Shown piece by piece: positions 28,576 through 38,016 of a DNA stretch of 64,000 nt; positions within the stretch are counted from its first letter, which is position 1; each line of letters begins with the position of its first letter. The notes under the pieces are model-generated. The model was not told the origin of the DNA. It was given only the letters and a program-made list of their open reading frames with translations, and made no database searches. The position numbers were made by a program, and so were the translations under genes. Where the stretch lies: positions 253,260-317,259 of the IMG/VR virus record IMGVR_UViG_3300032242_003291, one strand, 5' to 3'.

Positions 28576-30954
28576 TTATTGTGAAACTTTACTTACGTTA
28601 TCTGTCTTAGTAATATGAACTACGTTATCCGCCCAATTGGATATAAGTGGGTTATGACTGATTACAAATATCTTTTCAAAGTAATCCTTCAACTTCATAA
28701 AGAAGTCCCCAACCATCTCTAAATTATCATTAGATACCTTACCCCACGTCTCATCGTAGACAGATATGTTTGGTTTTGGAAGTGAACATACCTTAGCGAG
28801 TACCGCTCTGATAGCCAAGGCTCCCACCGTCTTCTCATATCCTGAACCTGCGGTCATAGGTTTTTCAATACCTGTTCCGTTGTCAATCATGATGAAGTCA
28901 ACCTCATTCTTATCGTTAATACGAATCTCCAAGTTGAAGAAACAAGAGTCCTGAAGTAATCTCTGAAGTTCAGAGTTAATCAATGGCATCATTGTCTTCA
29001 TAATGATTTTAGATATTCCGTTCTTACCGAAGACATCAACGTAGATTTTATAAATCTTCTCACGTTCAAACTCTTCAGCAATCTTAAGGATGATATCGTT
29101 ATTCTTTTCAATACGACCTTCAAGGTTTTTGATTTGAGTTGCATTACTTGCTTGAATTCTTTCATACCCTCTCTTCTCACCAATCAATTCGTCAATACGA
29201 AGACCAGCTTTAACCAACTGAGCATCCACCTCGTTGTTCTTCTTAATCTTATCTTGAACCTCTTGATATCTCTTAAGTTTATCTTTGGCTTGTTCCAACT
29301 TAAGGTCATTGGATTCCAAAGATATCTCGTACTTCTCCTTGATAAGTTTGTTTCTCTCATACTCATCGAAGTCCTTCTTAAGTTGAGTGAATGATTGTTC
29401 TTTCTTTTCAAGTTTGGATTGTTCCTTTTCAAGGTCCTTAACTTTTTTCTCCCAATCTTTCAACTCATCAATCTTTTTCATTGTAAGTGCCGCCTCCATC
29501 AATTTGATTCCGCAGTGCTCACACTGAATACCATCACCATACTTCTTGATAAGTTCTTTGATGTCATCAACTTGTTTCTGTGCAAGGATTAACTCACCAG
29601 AAACTCTTTTGATTTCACCCTTAACCTCATCATGTTGGTCCTCGTGATAATATTCCTTTGGCTCAACAATCTTAACCTCTTTAATTTGACCTTTAATCTT
29701 CTCACTACCTTCTTCATAACCTGTGATGTCTGATTGAAGTTTGATTGGGTTAAGAACAATTAACTCTTGGTCCAAGTCGGTATGCTTTGAGTTTAATAAC
29801 CCATCCTTGTACTCCTGACCCTTCTGAAGTCTTTTGTTAACATCCTCAATCTTTGTTTCAGATGAATCAATCTCGTCCTGAAGTCTTTCAATCTCTTCCT
29901 TGTTGTTCACATTGTCTTGTTTCAATGACTCTGTGTTGTATATGTTGGACATCATACCCTTTGAGAACTCAGCAAAGATTTCTTTGCCAGTCTCTTCCTT
30001 CTTCTTCAAGAACTCAAGACCCAAGAATCTACTTAACACCTGACCACGAGCTGTTGGTTTTGCCTCCAACAGGTCCTCAAGGTTTGATGCTGTCGTCACA
30101 ATCGTCATTAGGAAGTCATCCATGTCCCCAATTGATGTCTTGATGAAGTTCTCAGTCTCACGTCTTTGCTCCCCTGTAAAGTTCTGTAATTGACCGTCAG
30201 CTAACTTCTTAAAGAAGTCCAAGTCAGTCTTAACATTCCATTCACCAGCTTTGGATTTCTTTCTCTCAATTTTACGAGCAATGATATACTCCTCACCATC
30301 AATGATGATATCACCTTTAACCGATACCACATTCTTATCTGTGAATCTGTTAAAAATTTCTTCAGCTTTCTGTGTCTTTGTTGTCGTGTTAAAGAACAAG
30401 AATAATAACAAGTCCACAGTTAATACCGTCTTACCTCCAAAGTTTGGTGGGTCTGACTCAACTACAGTGATACCATTACACTTGTCAAAATCAATCACTT
30501 GGTCCTCACCATAAGATAAGAAGTTACTGAACTCAATCTTCTTGATGTACCATCTTTTGAATGGTGTCACCTCAACCTCGTTCTCCATCATTCTGTTCTC
30601 AACCGCAAGGTCAATGTTCATTACTTGGTCGTAATACTGGTCTTGTTGTTTAGACTCAAGAAGTGATTTGATAAGTTCCTTCTGATAATTCTTATCCATG
30701 ATGTTAACCGCAACATCAATCGTCTGTTGTGTATCATCAACGGTCTTTGCCTTAGTAATAACATTAATGTTGTTAGACACATACTTCTTCATGAAGTACT
30801 GTTTAACAGACTTGATTCTCTCTTGTGTAAAGTTCTCAGGAGTGTCCTCCCAAATTACTTGGATATAAGGATTCTCCAACGTAGTTATGTCTAACTTTGT
30901 TGCCATATTGGTGTAATTAAATTCTGGTATCGGATTGAATAAATCCCATTTCAT
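28576..30954 (-). CDS. SbcC/Rad50/gp46-like recombination ATPase with N-terminal extension
   Basis: IEFSNFLSYG, NFGGKT Walker A, coiled coil with CEHC hook, SGYEK, VYDE, VISHN. Confidence 0.9.
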   Translation of the reverse strand: MKWDLFNPIPEFNYTNMATKLDITTLENPYIQVIWEDTPENFTQERIKSVKQYFMKKYVSNNINVITKAKTVDDTQQTIDVAVNIMDKNYQKELIKSLLESKQQDQYYDQVMNIDLAVENRMMENEVEVTPFKRWYIKKIEFSNFLSYGEDQVIDFDKCNGITVVESDPPNFGGKTVLTVDLLLFLFFNTTTKTQKAEEIFNRFTDKNVVSVKGDIIIDGEEYIIARKIERKKSKAGEWNVKTDLDFFKKLADGQLQNFTGEQRRETENFIKTSIGDMDDFLMTIVTTASNLEDLLEAKPTARGQVLSRFLGLEFLKKKEETGKEIFAEFSKGMMSNIYNTESLKQDNVNNKEEIERLQDEIDSSETKIEDVNKRLQKGQEYKDGLLNSKHTDLDQELIVLNPIKLQSDITGYEEGSEKIKGQIKEVKIVEPKEYYHEDQHDEVKGEIKRVSGELILAQKQVDDIKELIKKYGDGIQCEHCGIKLMEAALTMKKIDELKDWEKKVKDLEKEQSKLEKKEQSFTQLKKDFDEYERNKLIKEKYEISLESNDLKLEQAKDKLKRYQEVQDKIKKNNEVDAQLVKAGLRIDELIGEKRGYERIQASNATQIKNLEGRIEKNNDIILKIAEEFEREKIYKIYVDVFGKNGISKIIMKTMMPLINSELQRLLQDSCFFNLEIRINDKNEVDFIMIDNGTGIEKPMTAGSGYEKTVGALAIRAVLAKVCSLPKPNISVYDETWGKVSNDNLEMVGDFFMKLKDYFEKIFVISHNPLISNWADNVVHITKTDNVSKVSQ

Positions 30955-31142
30955 TATTGTCCTGTAGTAATTGTAGCTCCTGACTCAGCTTCATACTTCT
31001 TTTTTAATTCTTCGATTTGCGTTCTCATTGATTCATTCATCAACTTTTGCATGGCATTTTGTTGTGCCTTGATATGTTGATTTCTTGCTTCAATTTTTTT
31101 TCTGTGTTCTTTTGCTCCACCTCTAACTTTAGCCTTTGCCAT
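30954..31142 (-). CDS. small basic protein
   Basis: 62-aa coupled ORF. Confidence 0.65.
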   Translation of the reverse strand: MAKAKVRGGAKEHRKKIEARNQHIKAQQNAMQKLMNESMRTQIEELKKKYEAESGATITTGQ

Positions 31143-31147
31143 TGATA

Positions 31148-31504
31148 TTAATTTTGATTTTGTTGTGGTCTGTTTTGTTCAAACCATTCGATTATTGAGT
31201 TTATTGCCCAAACTGAGCCAGATGCCAACATTCCATCGAAAAACCACGATACGAATGGTGTAACATTTAATAATTCGTGTACAGGTGAATAAATTGAAAT
31301 GGATAAAAACCATCCACAATGAAACCCAAAACACATCATACATTTAATCATGTTGGATATAAAAATCCAGAACCCATTAAATGGTGTAAATTCATTGTCT
31401 GCCCATCGATTGATTGCGTTTCTTGGTCCATTAAAAATACTACCGTAAACTACAATATTACTTAACCCATAAGCAATAATCATCCATAATACTAATTGTG
31501 TCAT
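31148..31504 (-). CDS. DUF1360-like membrane protein
   Basis: TM segments with CMMCFGFHCG. Confidence 0.55.
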   Translation of the reverse strand: MTQLVLWMIIAYGLSNIVVYGSIFNGPRNAINRWADNEFTPFNGFWIFISNMIKCMMCFGFHCGWFLSISIYSPVHELLNVTPFVSWFFDGMLASGSVWAINSIIEWFEQNRPQQNQN

Positions 31505-31515
31505 ATATTTTATTT

Positions 31516-32235
31516 TTATTTATAAAGTGTGTCGTTTAAGTTTGACCCTCTTAAAAAAGCCGCTTTTTTATCTTGTTGAAACTTTTGAATCTCTTCAATT
31601 GTTTTTTCATATTCTTTAAGTTGTCTATCTTTTTCAATATTGTCCTGTTTCAATTTTTGAACCGTATTTTGAAGAGCTTCAAGTTTGGGTTTCCAATTCC
31701 CATCAGACTCCTTTTCTATAATTATCTCCTTAACCACTTCAACAGGAACCTCAACTATCTTCTCAACTTCCTTGATAACTTCAACTATCTTTTCAATAAT
31801 AACCTCTCTGATTTCAGGTTCAGGTTTGTCGTAAATATTGTCATTATTTGAGACAAAAACTTCCTTAATCACCTCTTTAATAACCTCTCTATCAACGTAT
31901 TCTATAACTTTTATTTCAGTGGGAGGGCTCGGGATTTCCTTAATGACCTCAATAATTCTGTCAACAGGAACCTCCACTCTTTTTTCAACTTCCACATACT
32001 CAATCTTCACAACCTCTTTCTCTTTCACCACAGGGACTTCAACATACTTGATAACCTCTTTGATTACCTCTTTTTCCTTTGTCTCAACCCCCGCATTTAA
32101 AAGACCATACCTTTCAATATTGAATCCAGTTGTAAAGGAGTCCTTGACAACTGAACTAATTAGCAAATCATTAAGGTTACAATAGGACAAAAGGTCTTTA
32201 TGTTCACTACTTGAAAGTTTTAATTTAATCTCCAT
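31516..32235 (-). CDS. protein with E/K/V/I/P (alveolin/articulin-like) repeats and a coiled coil
   Basis: EVIKEVIKYVEVPVVKEKEVVKIEYVEVEKRVEVPV, EKIVEVPVEVVKE. Confidence 0.7.
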   Translation of the reverse strand: MEIKLKLSSSEHKDLLSYCNLNDLLISSVVKDSFTTGFNIERYGLLNAGVETKEKEVIKEVIKYVEVPVVKEKEVVKIEYVEVEKRVEVPVDRIIEVIKEIPSPPTEIKVIEYVDREVIKEVIKEVFVSNNDNIYDKPEPEIREVIIEKIVEVIKEVEKIVEVPVEVVKEIIIEKESDGNWKPKLEALQNTVQKLKQDNIEKDRQLKEYEKTIEEIQKFQQDKKAAFLRGSNLNDTLYK

Positions 32236-32854
32236 TAATTATTTTGTCTCGTTTTCTTATATTATCTAAAGCCCATAGTGGTTGTAAATTAGTATAATGA
32301 CACAACCTTTTCAATTCTTCATCATTTTTTGCCGATGATATTGGTATAATGTGGTCAATATGCCAACCAAATAATCCGTGATTTTCCCAAGTCATCCCCA
32401 TCCAAAATTGTTTTTCAAGATATTCTTTTAATTGTAATGGAGAACATCCAATTAAATCAAAAGTTTTTTCCTTTTTTGACCTAAGAATTTTATTAATTTT
32501 AGACCTATACAACATTTTCAATTTTAATATAGGTTCATTTTTTTTCCTTTCAGACATTCTTTCATTTATAATATCTCTTTTATTTTTTACATAACTTTTC
32601 TTATATTCTTTAACTTTGTCTTGATTATTTTCACCCCATAATTTAACTCGTTCTATCACATGACCCTTATTATGTTCGTAATAAATTTTTGATTTTTCTG
32701 AAATTTTACTTTTGTTTTTTAGGTAATATTCCAATTTATATTCTTTATTACAAACTTTACATATTGGTTGTAATCCGTCATTTCTATTTTTATCTTTATT
32801 AAAGTCACAAATATTTTTAGATAATTGGCATTTAAGACAAGTTTTTGTTTCCAT
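32225..32854 (-). CDS. HNH endonuclease with N-terminal Cys4 finger
   Basis: CLKC...CKVC; WHIDHIIP...HYTNLQPLWALDN. Confidence 0.85.
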   Translation of the reverse strand: METKTCLKCQLSKNICDFNKDKNRNDGLQPICKVCNKEYKLEYYLKNKSKISEKSKIYYEHNKGHVIERVKLWGENNQDKVKEYKKSYVKNKRDIINERMSERKKNEPILKLKMLYRSKINKILRSKKEKTFDLIGCSPLQLKEYLEKQFWMGMTWENHGLFGWHIDHIIPISSAKNDEELKRLCHYTNLQPLWALDNIRKRDKIINGD

Positions 32855-32996
32855 TGTTCTTATAGTTTTTAAGTAACTGATTTACTAATGAAGATAAATT
32901 AATATGAATACTTCTATAATACGCCAATAATTCTGGGTCTAACGCAACCGATACTTTAGTTTTTTTCTCTTCTAATGTTTTTAATTTTCTCCCCAT
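32832..32996 (-). CDS. ribbon-helix-helix DNA-binding protein (not in the ORF track)
   Basis: MGRKLKTLEEKKTKVSVALDPELLAYYRSIHINLSSLVNQLLKNYKNNGNKNLS*, 54 aa; overlaps the HNH start. Confidence 0.7.
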   Translation of the reverse strand: MGRKLKTLEEKKTKVSVALDPELLAYYRSIHINLSSLVNQLLKNYKNNGNKNLS

Positions 32997-33003
32997 ATTA
33001 ATA

Positions 33004-33042
33004 AATATTCACAAATATAATAAAAGTGTGAATATTAACAAT
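33004..33042 (-). promoter_or_regulatory. promoter with overlapping inverted-repeat operator
   Basis: TATATTTG at 33012-33019 is straddled by AATATTCACA-N13-TGTGAATATT. Confidence 0.6.
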
Positions 33043-33047
33043 TTTTT

Positions 33048-33827
33048 TTAAAAATTAATTAACTTCTCAGTCCCTTCACTTAACGCATCAAACGAATTAA
33101 TGTAAAAAGAAAGGAAAGGTTTAGGATTAGGTAAATCCACAAAAGAATATTCGTCTTTTTCAATTTCATATACACCATACCCATGTTTTCTAACTGTTTC
33201 CCCAAAATTTTGTTGGATGGTCGAACCGACCATGTACGCCTTCTTTCCACCAGGGATATCAAAAATTTGTCGTTTATGGATATCACCACAAAGAACCAAA
33301 TCACACCCTTTGAATTTACTTACATCAAATCCATCTTCAAACTTATAACCTATGTCCGTATATAAACCTTGAACTGGTCCGTGAAATAATCCAATATTCT
33401 TATTCTTTGATTTTTGTATGTCTGGTGGAATATTATGTTCCATTAATGAAAATACACACCAATTAACATTATCGTCCTCATATACCCCTCTATTCTTTAA
33501 ATAAACAATATTCTCACTATTCAAAGAATTAATAACTGGTGTCAACGCATCTAATCTTTGTAAATTGGATTCAATCATATCATGATTTCCGATTATCACT
33601 ATTGTTTTAGCAATTTTAGAACATTCTAAAAATACCCAAGCAACAAACTCCACCAATTCAGGTGTCATTTGGTTTTTGGAATGAACTAAGTCTCCTGTGA
33701 ATACTATTCTATCAGGTTGTAATGTCTTCCATTCCTTCAATGCAGATTCAAGGATTCCACGATATAAATCGTGGTCCTTGAATAATCTGATATGTAAATC
33801 TGAAAAGTGTACTAATCTTTTAATCAT
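33048..33827 (-). CDS. SbcD/Mre11/gp47-like metallophosphoesterase nuclease
   Basis: SDLH, GDLVH, GNHD, FHG and GDIH motifs. Confidence 0.9.
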   Translation of the reverse strand: MIKRLVHFSDLHIRLFKDHDLYRGILESALKEWKTLQPDRIVFTGDLVHSKNQMTPELVEFVAWVFLECSKIAKTIVIIGNHDMIESNLQRLDALTPVINSLNSENIVYLKNRGVYEDDNVNWCVFSLMEHNIPPDIQKSKNKNIGLFHGPVQGLYTDIGYKFEDGFDVSKFKGCDLVLCGDIHKRQIFDIPGGKKAYMVGSTIQQNFGETVRKHGYGVYEIEKDEYSFVDLPNPKPFLSFYINSFDALSEGTEKLINF

Positions 33828-33969
33828 TGTCTGTCATTAATGAGAATCCAAGTATCATAAAAATTGAACCTACAGCCCAATTTTCAAACACTATGAATTG
33901 TGAAATACCTGTACCGATAAGGATATAAGGTCCGAACTTTCTCCAAAGTTTTGTAAATTTATTCTTCAC
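33820..33969 (-). CDS. small two-TM protein (not in the ORF track)
   Basis: GTG start; MKNKFTKLWRKFGPYILIGTGISQFIVFENWAVGSIFMILGFSLMTDND*, overlapping both neighbours. Confidence 0.55.
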   Translation of the reverse strand: MKNKFTKLWRKFGPYILIGTGISQFIVFENWAVGSIFMILGFSLMTDND

Positions 33970-34195
33970 TGATTATTGGGTTTTGTTGTTCTTCAAATGG
34001 ATTTTGTCCTTTATTTATGTGTCCACATTCGTCACACTTATAAATTGGAAATGGTACTGTTGTATCTTCAGGAGCTCCTTGTAATCTTGAAACAAATTTC
34101 AAGTAAATTACCTCTCTGAAGTATACCGAATCACACTTATCGCATTTAACTGTGGGAGAATCCCTTAAATTAACCCTCCGTCCTAAATCTTGCAT
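33959..34195 (-). CDS. zinc-ribbon protein
   Basis: CDKC...CDECGH. Confidence 0.75.
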   Translation of the reverse strand: MQDLGRRVNLRDSPTVKCDKCDSVYFREVIYLKFVSRLQGAPEDTTVPFPIYKCDECGHINKGQNPFEEQQNPIISEE

Positions 34196-35057
34196 ATTCT
34201 TCGTTTTTTAATGTTTTATGTAGGTTGTTTATTGTTTCCTGTAAATTAGAAATATAAGTAAGATTTCTGGTTTGTTCAAGTATTTGAATGTGTTCTGATA
34301 ATGTTTTGAAATCTAAAGAACCTAATGTTGTTGTAAATTTATCTATGAAATCTTTTGATTTTCTTGTTTTTTTCATGTGAACGAAATAAGCCCTAAAATA
34401 CCAAAAAATTGTTTGGAGTTCATTTTCAGTCCACCCATTATTCAAAAGAGCGGTATCTGCAACATCTGAATCATTAGCATTATAAACTAAAACTTCACCT
34501 GAGAACGCACTAAAATTATACTCAAGATACAATGCGAATTTATTATAGTTTGTTTGTCTTTTACCTGTCTTATCAATAATATAACCAAGTAATCCGTTTC
34601 TAACGTATCGTTGAAAGGTGCTTGTATCATTTCTACTAGCCGTACACCATTTGGTGCCTGCACCGTATTTTAATGAACCTCTATGAGTTAAAGGTGATAA
34701 TAACAAATAATCATCAGTCTCATGTAAAACTATAACATGTTCGTCTCGGATAAAAGTTTTTTCATCTTTGATTTCTTCTGCCCGAAGTATAGTTTTTCTT
34801 AACAGACTAAGACTGGTATAATCCTTGGCGTAAATGTCTTTGTTATCTATGTAAGGTAACAACTCATCGAACTTGTTCACTAAATCTATAAGACCATCAG
34901 TTGTCGATGGACAATCGTTATAACCTCTATTTGACCAACTTTTTAATAAGTAATCTAAATATTTTTTTGTTGGTGTCTTATCTGCATCGACAAGTTTATT
35001 AAATGTTCTTGCTATGACTCCCTCATATTTGAGTTTTAATTCATCAACTTTTGACAT
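34170..35057 (-). CDS. YG..TxWCT-domain protein, paralog of 12668-13981
   Basis: ADKTPTKKYLDYLL, KYGAGTKWCTAS. Confidence 0.7.
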   Translation of the reverse strand: MSKVDELKLKYEGVIARTFNKLVDADKTPTKKYLDYLLKSWSNRGYNDCPSTTDGLIDLVNKFDELLPYIDNKDIYAKDYTSLSLLRKTILRAEEIKDEKTFIRDEHVIVLHETDDYLLLSPLTHRGSLKYGAGTKWCTASRNDTSTFQRYVRNGLLGYIIDKTGKRQTNYNKFALYLEYNFSAFSGEVLVYNANDSDVADTALLNNGWTENELQTIFWYFRAYFVHMKKTRKSKDFIDKFTTTLGSLDFKTLSEHIQILEQTRNLTYISNLQETINNLHKTLKNEEYARFRTEG

Positions 35058-35078
35058 ATATTAATTTTTTACGAAAGA

Positions 35079-35110
35079 CAAAGGTAAGTGAAAACTATTA
35101 CTTAACCAAA
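35079..35110 (-). promoter_or_regulatory. Bacteroidota sigmaA-type promoter
   Basis: TTTG-N20-TACCTTTG. Confidence 0.7.
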
Positions 35111-35955
35111 TATTTTTTGATGTCCATATCTAAAACAGTCTTGATGATGTCTTGAGGGACTCTATATTCATCAAAGAACGTATCCTCTTTCAAATGTGAG
35201 ATGATACAACCATAAAGTTTGATGTTCTCATATTTTGTACCCTGTAACATCTTAATCAACAACTTACCATATAAAGGTAATTGAAGATAGTAGTGACCTA
35301 ACGCATTGTCAGGATATTGTTCGAATGGGTCTTTTAATCTTTTGGTATAACTGTTCTCTTGGAAATTCTTTGGTTTATTAGTCTTCCAATCTGTAATCAA
35401 AAGACCGAATTCATCACCAGTCTTGTTCAATGTCAACCATACTTTATCGGGTTGTCCTGTATATCCCAAATCAGGGTCACCTAATACCATCTCCGTATCA
35501 AGTAATTCCACCTTTCTATTTTCCATTAACTCAAGGTATCGTTTACCCGCAAAAATCATATTATCACTCTTCATTAACTGAGTAAGGTCACAATCAAATA
35601 TTGGTTGCCTTACTTCTTTGTATCCACCATATTTTTCTATAAGAGTCTTCTCCAACATAAAGTGAACTCTACTTCCTAAATTAGTTGAGTAGTCACCAGC
35701 AGCTGCCCACTCCTCAATTAATTGTTGTTGTTTTTGTGGGTCCCCACCAGCTTTGTTATACGCCGCTTCTTCAGTTGGAAATTCAGTGTAGAATTTTTTT
35801 AATACTTTTGATACTGAAGGATAATCTCTACGACCATTCATAGTGTAGATGTGTTTATCTTCTTCGAATGTTAATCCAAGTGACTCTTGTCTTACTTTGA
35901 TTAAATCTCTAATCTCTTTGGCTATGTTACTTAAATTCATAATAGTATTCTTCAA
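35098..35955 (-). CDS. PD-(D/E)xK exonuclease (Cas4/RecB-like)
   Basis: GSRVH, GQPDKV, ITDWKT, YLQLPLY. Confidence 0.85.
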   Translation of the reverse strand: MKNTIMNLSNIAKEIRDLIKVRQESLGLTFEEDKHIYTMNGRRDYPSVSKVLKKFYTEFPTEEAAYNKAGGDPQKQQQLIEEWAAAGDYSTNLGSRVHFMLEKTLIEKYGGYKEVRQPIFDCDLTQLMKSDNMIFAGKRYLELMENRKVELLDTEMVLGDPDLGYTGQPDKVWLTLNKTGDEFGLLITDWKTNKPKNFQENSYTKRLKDPFEQYPDNALGHYYLQLPLYGKLLIKMLQGTKYENIKLYGCIISHLKEDTFFDEYRVPQDIIKTVLDMDIKKYLVK

Positions 35956-36841
35956 TTTGTCCCCTTAAATCACAAATGTCTTTGTCTAAAGGTAGTTTAA
36001 CAATTTTTATTTTATTATATAATTTTCCACCATTCAACTCGTTATAAACTTTCACACCATCTGTCCAAGCATCTCCATCGGTACAAATGATGATGTTTCC
36101 CTCAGCTCTTTCGTATAATGTTTGGAAAAGAAGTTTACTCATTTTCTTACCTAACATCACAATTGAATTCTCAATGAAGAATCCGTCAAACGCACCTTCC
36201 ACCAAATATACATCTTTTGTCCAATCTATCAGTCCCTCGTTGAATATTATCTCATCTTTTGGTACCGCAGGATTCTTATATTTCATCTTCCTTGGTGTCC
36301 AAGCTCTTGCAACATAATAGTTCAATACCCCATCCTTGTCGAACGAAGGTACGATAATTCTGAATGCAAAATCACCTTTTACAGTATAACCTATCTTATA
36401 TTTTTCAATCATTTCGTCATTTATACCCCTTGATTGCAAATACTTGTAAGCTTCTATATGTGGAATGAACCTTGGATTGGAGTCTTTGAAGGTCGTGTAA
36501 CCCTCAGGAAGTCTTAATTTTGGTCGTTTCTTTTCTTCCTGCTTGAGTTCTTCAGGTTTAATTAAGTTGTAGAGTTTCTTTTGGGCTTTGGTTGCATAAC
36601 CATCGAATAACTTACCCAACGGACCGTGAGTTCCGTGTGTCTCACCACAAGCCCAACATTTGTATACGTGTCTTGAATAGTTGATTTCAAGGTTTCCCTT
36701 ACCATCACCTTGGTCTAACCCTTTCTCTTCAGCACAAACAGGACAGTCGAAAGATATCTGACCCTTCGACTCATAGTGTTGTTTTGGTGTACCTAATACA
36801 TCAGTTAACAACTCAACCAATACTTCAACTTCATCTGACAT
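35927..36841 (-). CDS. DnaG-type DNA primase
   Basis: CPVC...CWAC zinc finger; TOPRIM VEGAFD, TDGDA, KD; TATATTTG at 36846-36853. Confidence 0.9.
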   Translation of the reverse strand: MSDEVEVLVELLTDVLGTPKQHYESKGQISFDCPVCAEEKGLDQGDGKGNLEINYSRHVYKCWACGETHGTHGPLGKLFDGYATKAQKKLYNLIKPEELKQEEKKRPKLRLPEGYTTFKDSNPRFIPHIEAYKYLQSRGINDEMIEKYKIGYTVKGDFAFRIIVPSFDKDGVLNYYVARAWTPRKMKYKNPAVPKDEIIFNEGLIDWTKDVYLVEGAFDGFFIENSIVMLGKKMSKLLFQTLYERAEGNIIICTDGDAWTDGVKVYNELNGGKLYNKIKIVKLPLDKDICDLRGQIEEYYYEFK

Positions 36842-36858
36842 ATTACAAATATAGTAAA

Positions 36859-37020
36859 TTATTTGTCAATATCATCAGGATGGATTCCTATAACGTGTGC
36901 TCTCCACCATTTTTTTACTGGATGTGATTCTTCTAAGTTTTTTTCAATTACTATTGCCACGATAATGAACGTTACTACCGATAATAGACAAAGTAAGTAC
37001 AAGTAAGCTAATGCTATCAT
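36859..37020 (-). CDS. small single-TM protein
   Basis: Likely start MIALAY at 37020; hydrophobic helix. Confidence 0.55.
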   Translation of the reverse strand: MIALAYLYLLCLLSVVTFIIVAIVIEKNLEESHPVKKWWRAHVIGIHPDDIDK

Positions 37021-37021
37021 A

Positions 37022-37381
37022 TTATTCCCATTTAATTTTTCCAATATTGTAATAATCACCAATTTCAACACCAAAATATTTCATCCTTGTTTTAACATCA
37101 AATAAAGATGATTTTCTCAAAAATCTATTAAGTTTAATTTTTGAAATATTATGAGTTTTTAATATTGTATTGGTATGCCAAGCTCTTTTCTCACGACCCA
37201 TCCTAACAAAGATGTTTCCTTCGAAAACAACATCAACTTCTTCGGAGAAACTATATTTTCTGTAATTTTTAATCTTGACGATACCTTCTACATGCTCAGT
37301 ACAGATAGGTATTTCACCCCACTTTTTAAGTGACTTCTTAATCGCCTTAGTCTCATCATTTTGAATTATGTATCTCGCCAT
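37022..37381 (-). CDS. hypothetical basic protein
   Basis: Likely start MARYII at 37381, given the promoter position. Confidence 0.7.
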   Translation of the reverse strand: MARYIIQNDETKAIKKSLKKWGEIPICTEHVEGIVKIKNYRKYSFSEEVDVVFEGNIFVRMGREKRAWHTNTILKTHNISKIKLNRFLRKSSLFDVKTRMKYFGVEIGDYYNIGKIKWE

Positions 37382-37387
37382 AGATGA

Positions 37388-37419
37388 CAAAGATACGGAG
37401 AATAAATTAAACTACCAAA
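37388..37419 (-). promoter_or_regulatory. Bacteroidota sigmaA-type promoter
   Basis: TTTG-N20-TATCTTTG. Confidence 0.7.
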
Positions 37420-38014
37420 TTTCTTGCATCTTCATATAACCCAAAGCCGCACAATATGCGTCGGTTTGGTCATAATTTTCCTTTTTAAGGGTATTGTTTT
37501 TGGTATATTGCCAAGTGATTTGAGGTTCACGTTTAGCAACCAACTCCCATATTATAACTTTTTTATCTATGTCTTTAGGGAACCCTCCAAATAAAACATG
37601 CTTACCTTTGTCGTTCTGTTGAACTAAATGTGGAAAGGCGAATTTTCTTGAGTTGTAAGTAGATACAAATTCAGGCACCACACCTAAAACATCGTAGACT
37701 TCTTTACAAACTAATGTATTGAATCTCATTAATGTCCCTACAGTGTAAACGTTGTTTGAGTTAAGTAATGGTTCTTCGATAACCACACTTGTAATTCCCA
37801 TGTTGACGTAGTCTTCTAATTTTTTTCTAAAAATACCACTCTTAAGGATTAATTCCTCAATCTTGTTTTCAACTTTAGGTTTAGGGATTGGAGATATGTG
37901 AGTTAACTCTAATAAGTTTTTACTTTCAATATCAAATAATGCCCACCCAATTGTTTTTGTGGATACATCTAAGCCTAATACTTTTGGAGAATCTTTACCT
38001 ATTGTTTTTGCCAT
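37412..38014 (-). CDS. RuvC-like Holliday junction resolvase
   Basis: VLGLDVS, VVIEE and DQTDA catalytic carboxylates. Confidence 0.8.
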   Translation of the reverse strand: MAKTIGKDSPKVLGLDVSTKTIGWALFDIESKNLLELTHISPIPKPKVENKIEELILKSGIFRKKLEDYVNMGITSVVIEEPLLNSNNVYTVGTLMRFNTLVCKEVYDVLGVVPEFVSTYNSRKFAFPHLVQQNDKGKHVLFGGFPKDIDKKVIIWELVAKREPQITWQYTKNNTLKKENYDQTDAYCAALGYMKMQEIW

Positions 38015-38016
38015 GA

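Noticed and set aside
28766-30514. Antisense ORFs within the sbcC-like gene
   Set aside because: Explained by higher third-position GC in this gene; no coherent products.
35098-35955. Cas4-like nuclease as part of a CRISPR system
   Set aside because: No array or other cas genes; it sits beside the primase, as is typical for phage exonucleases.
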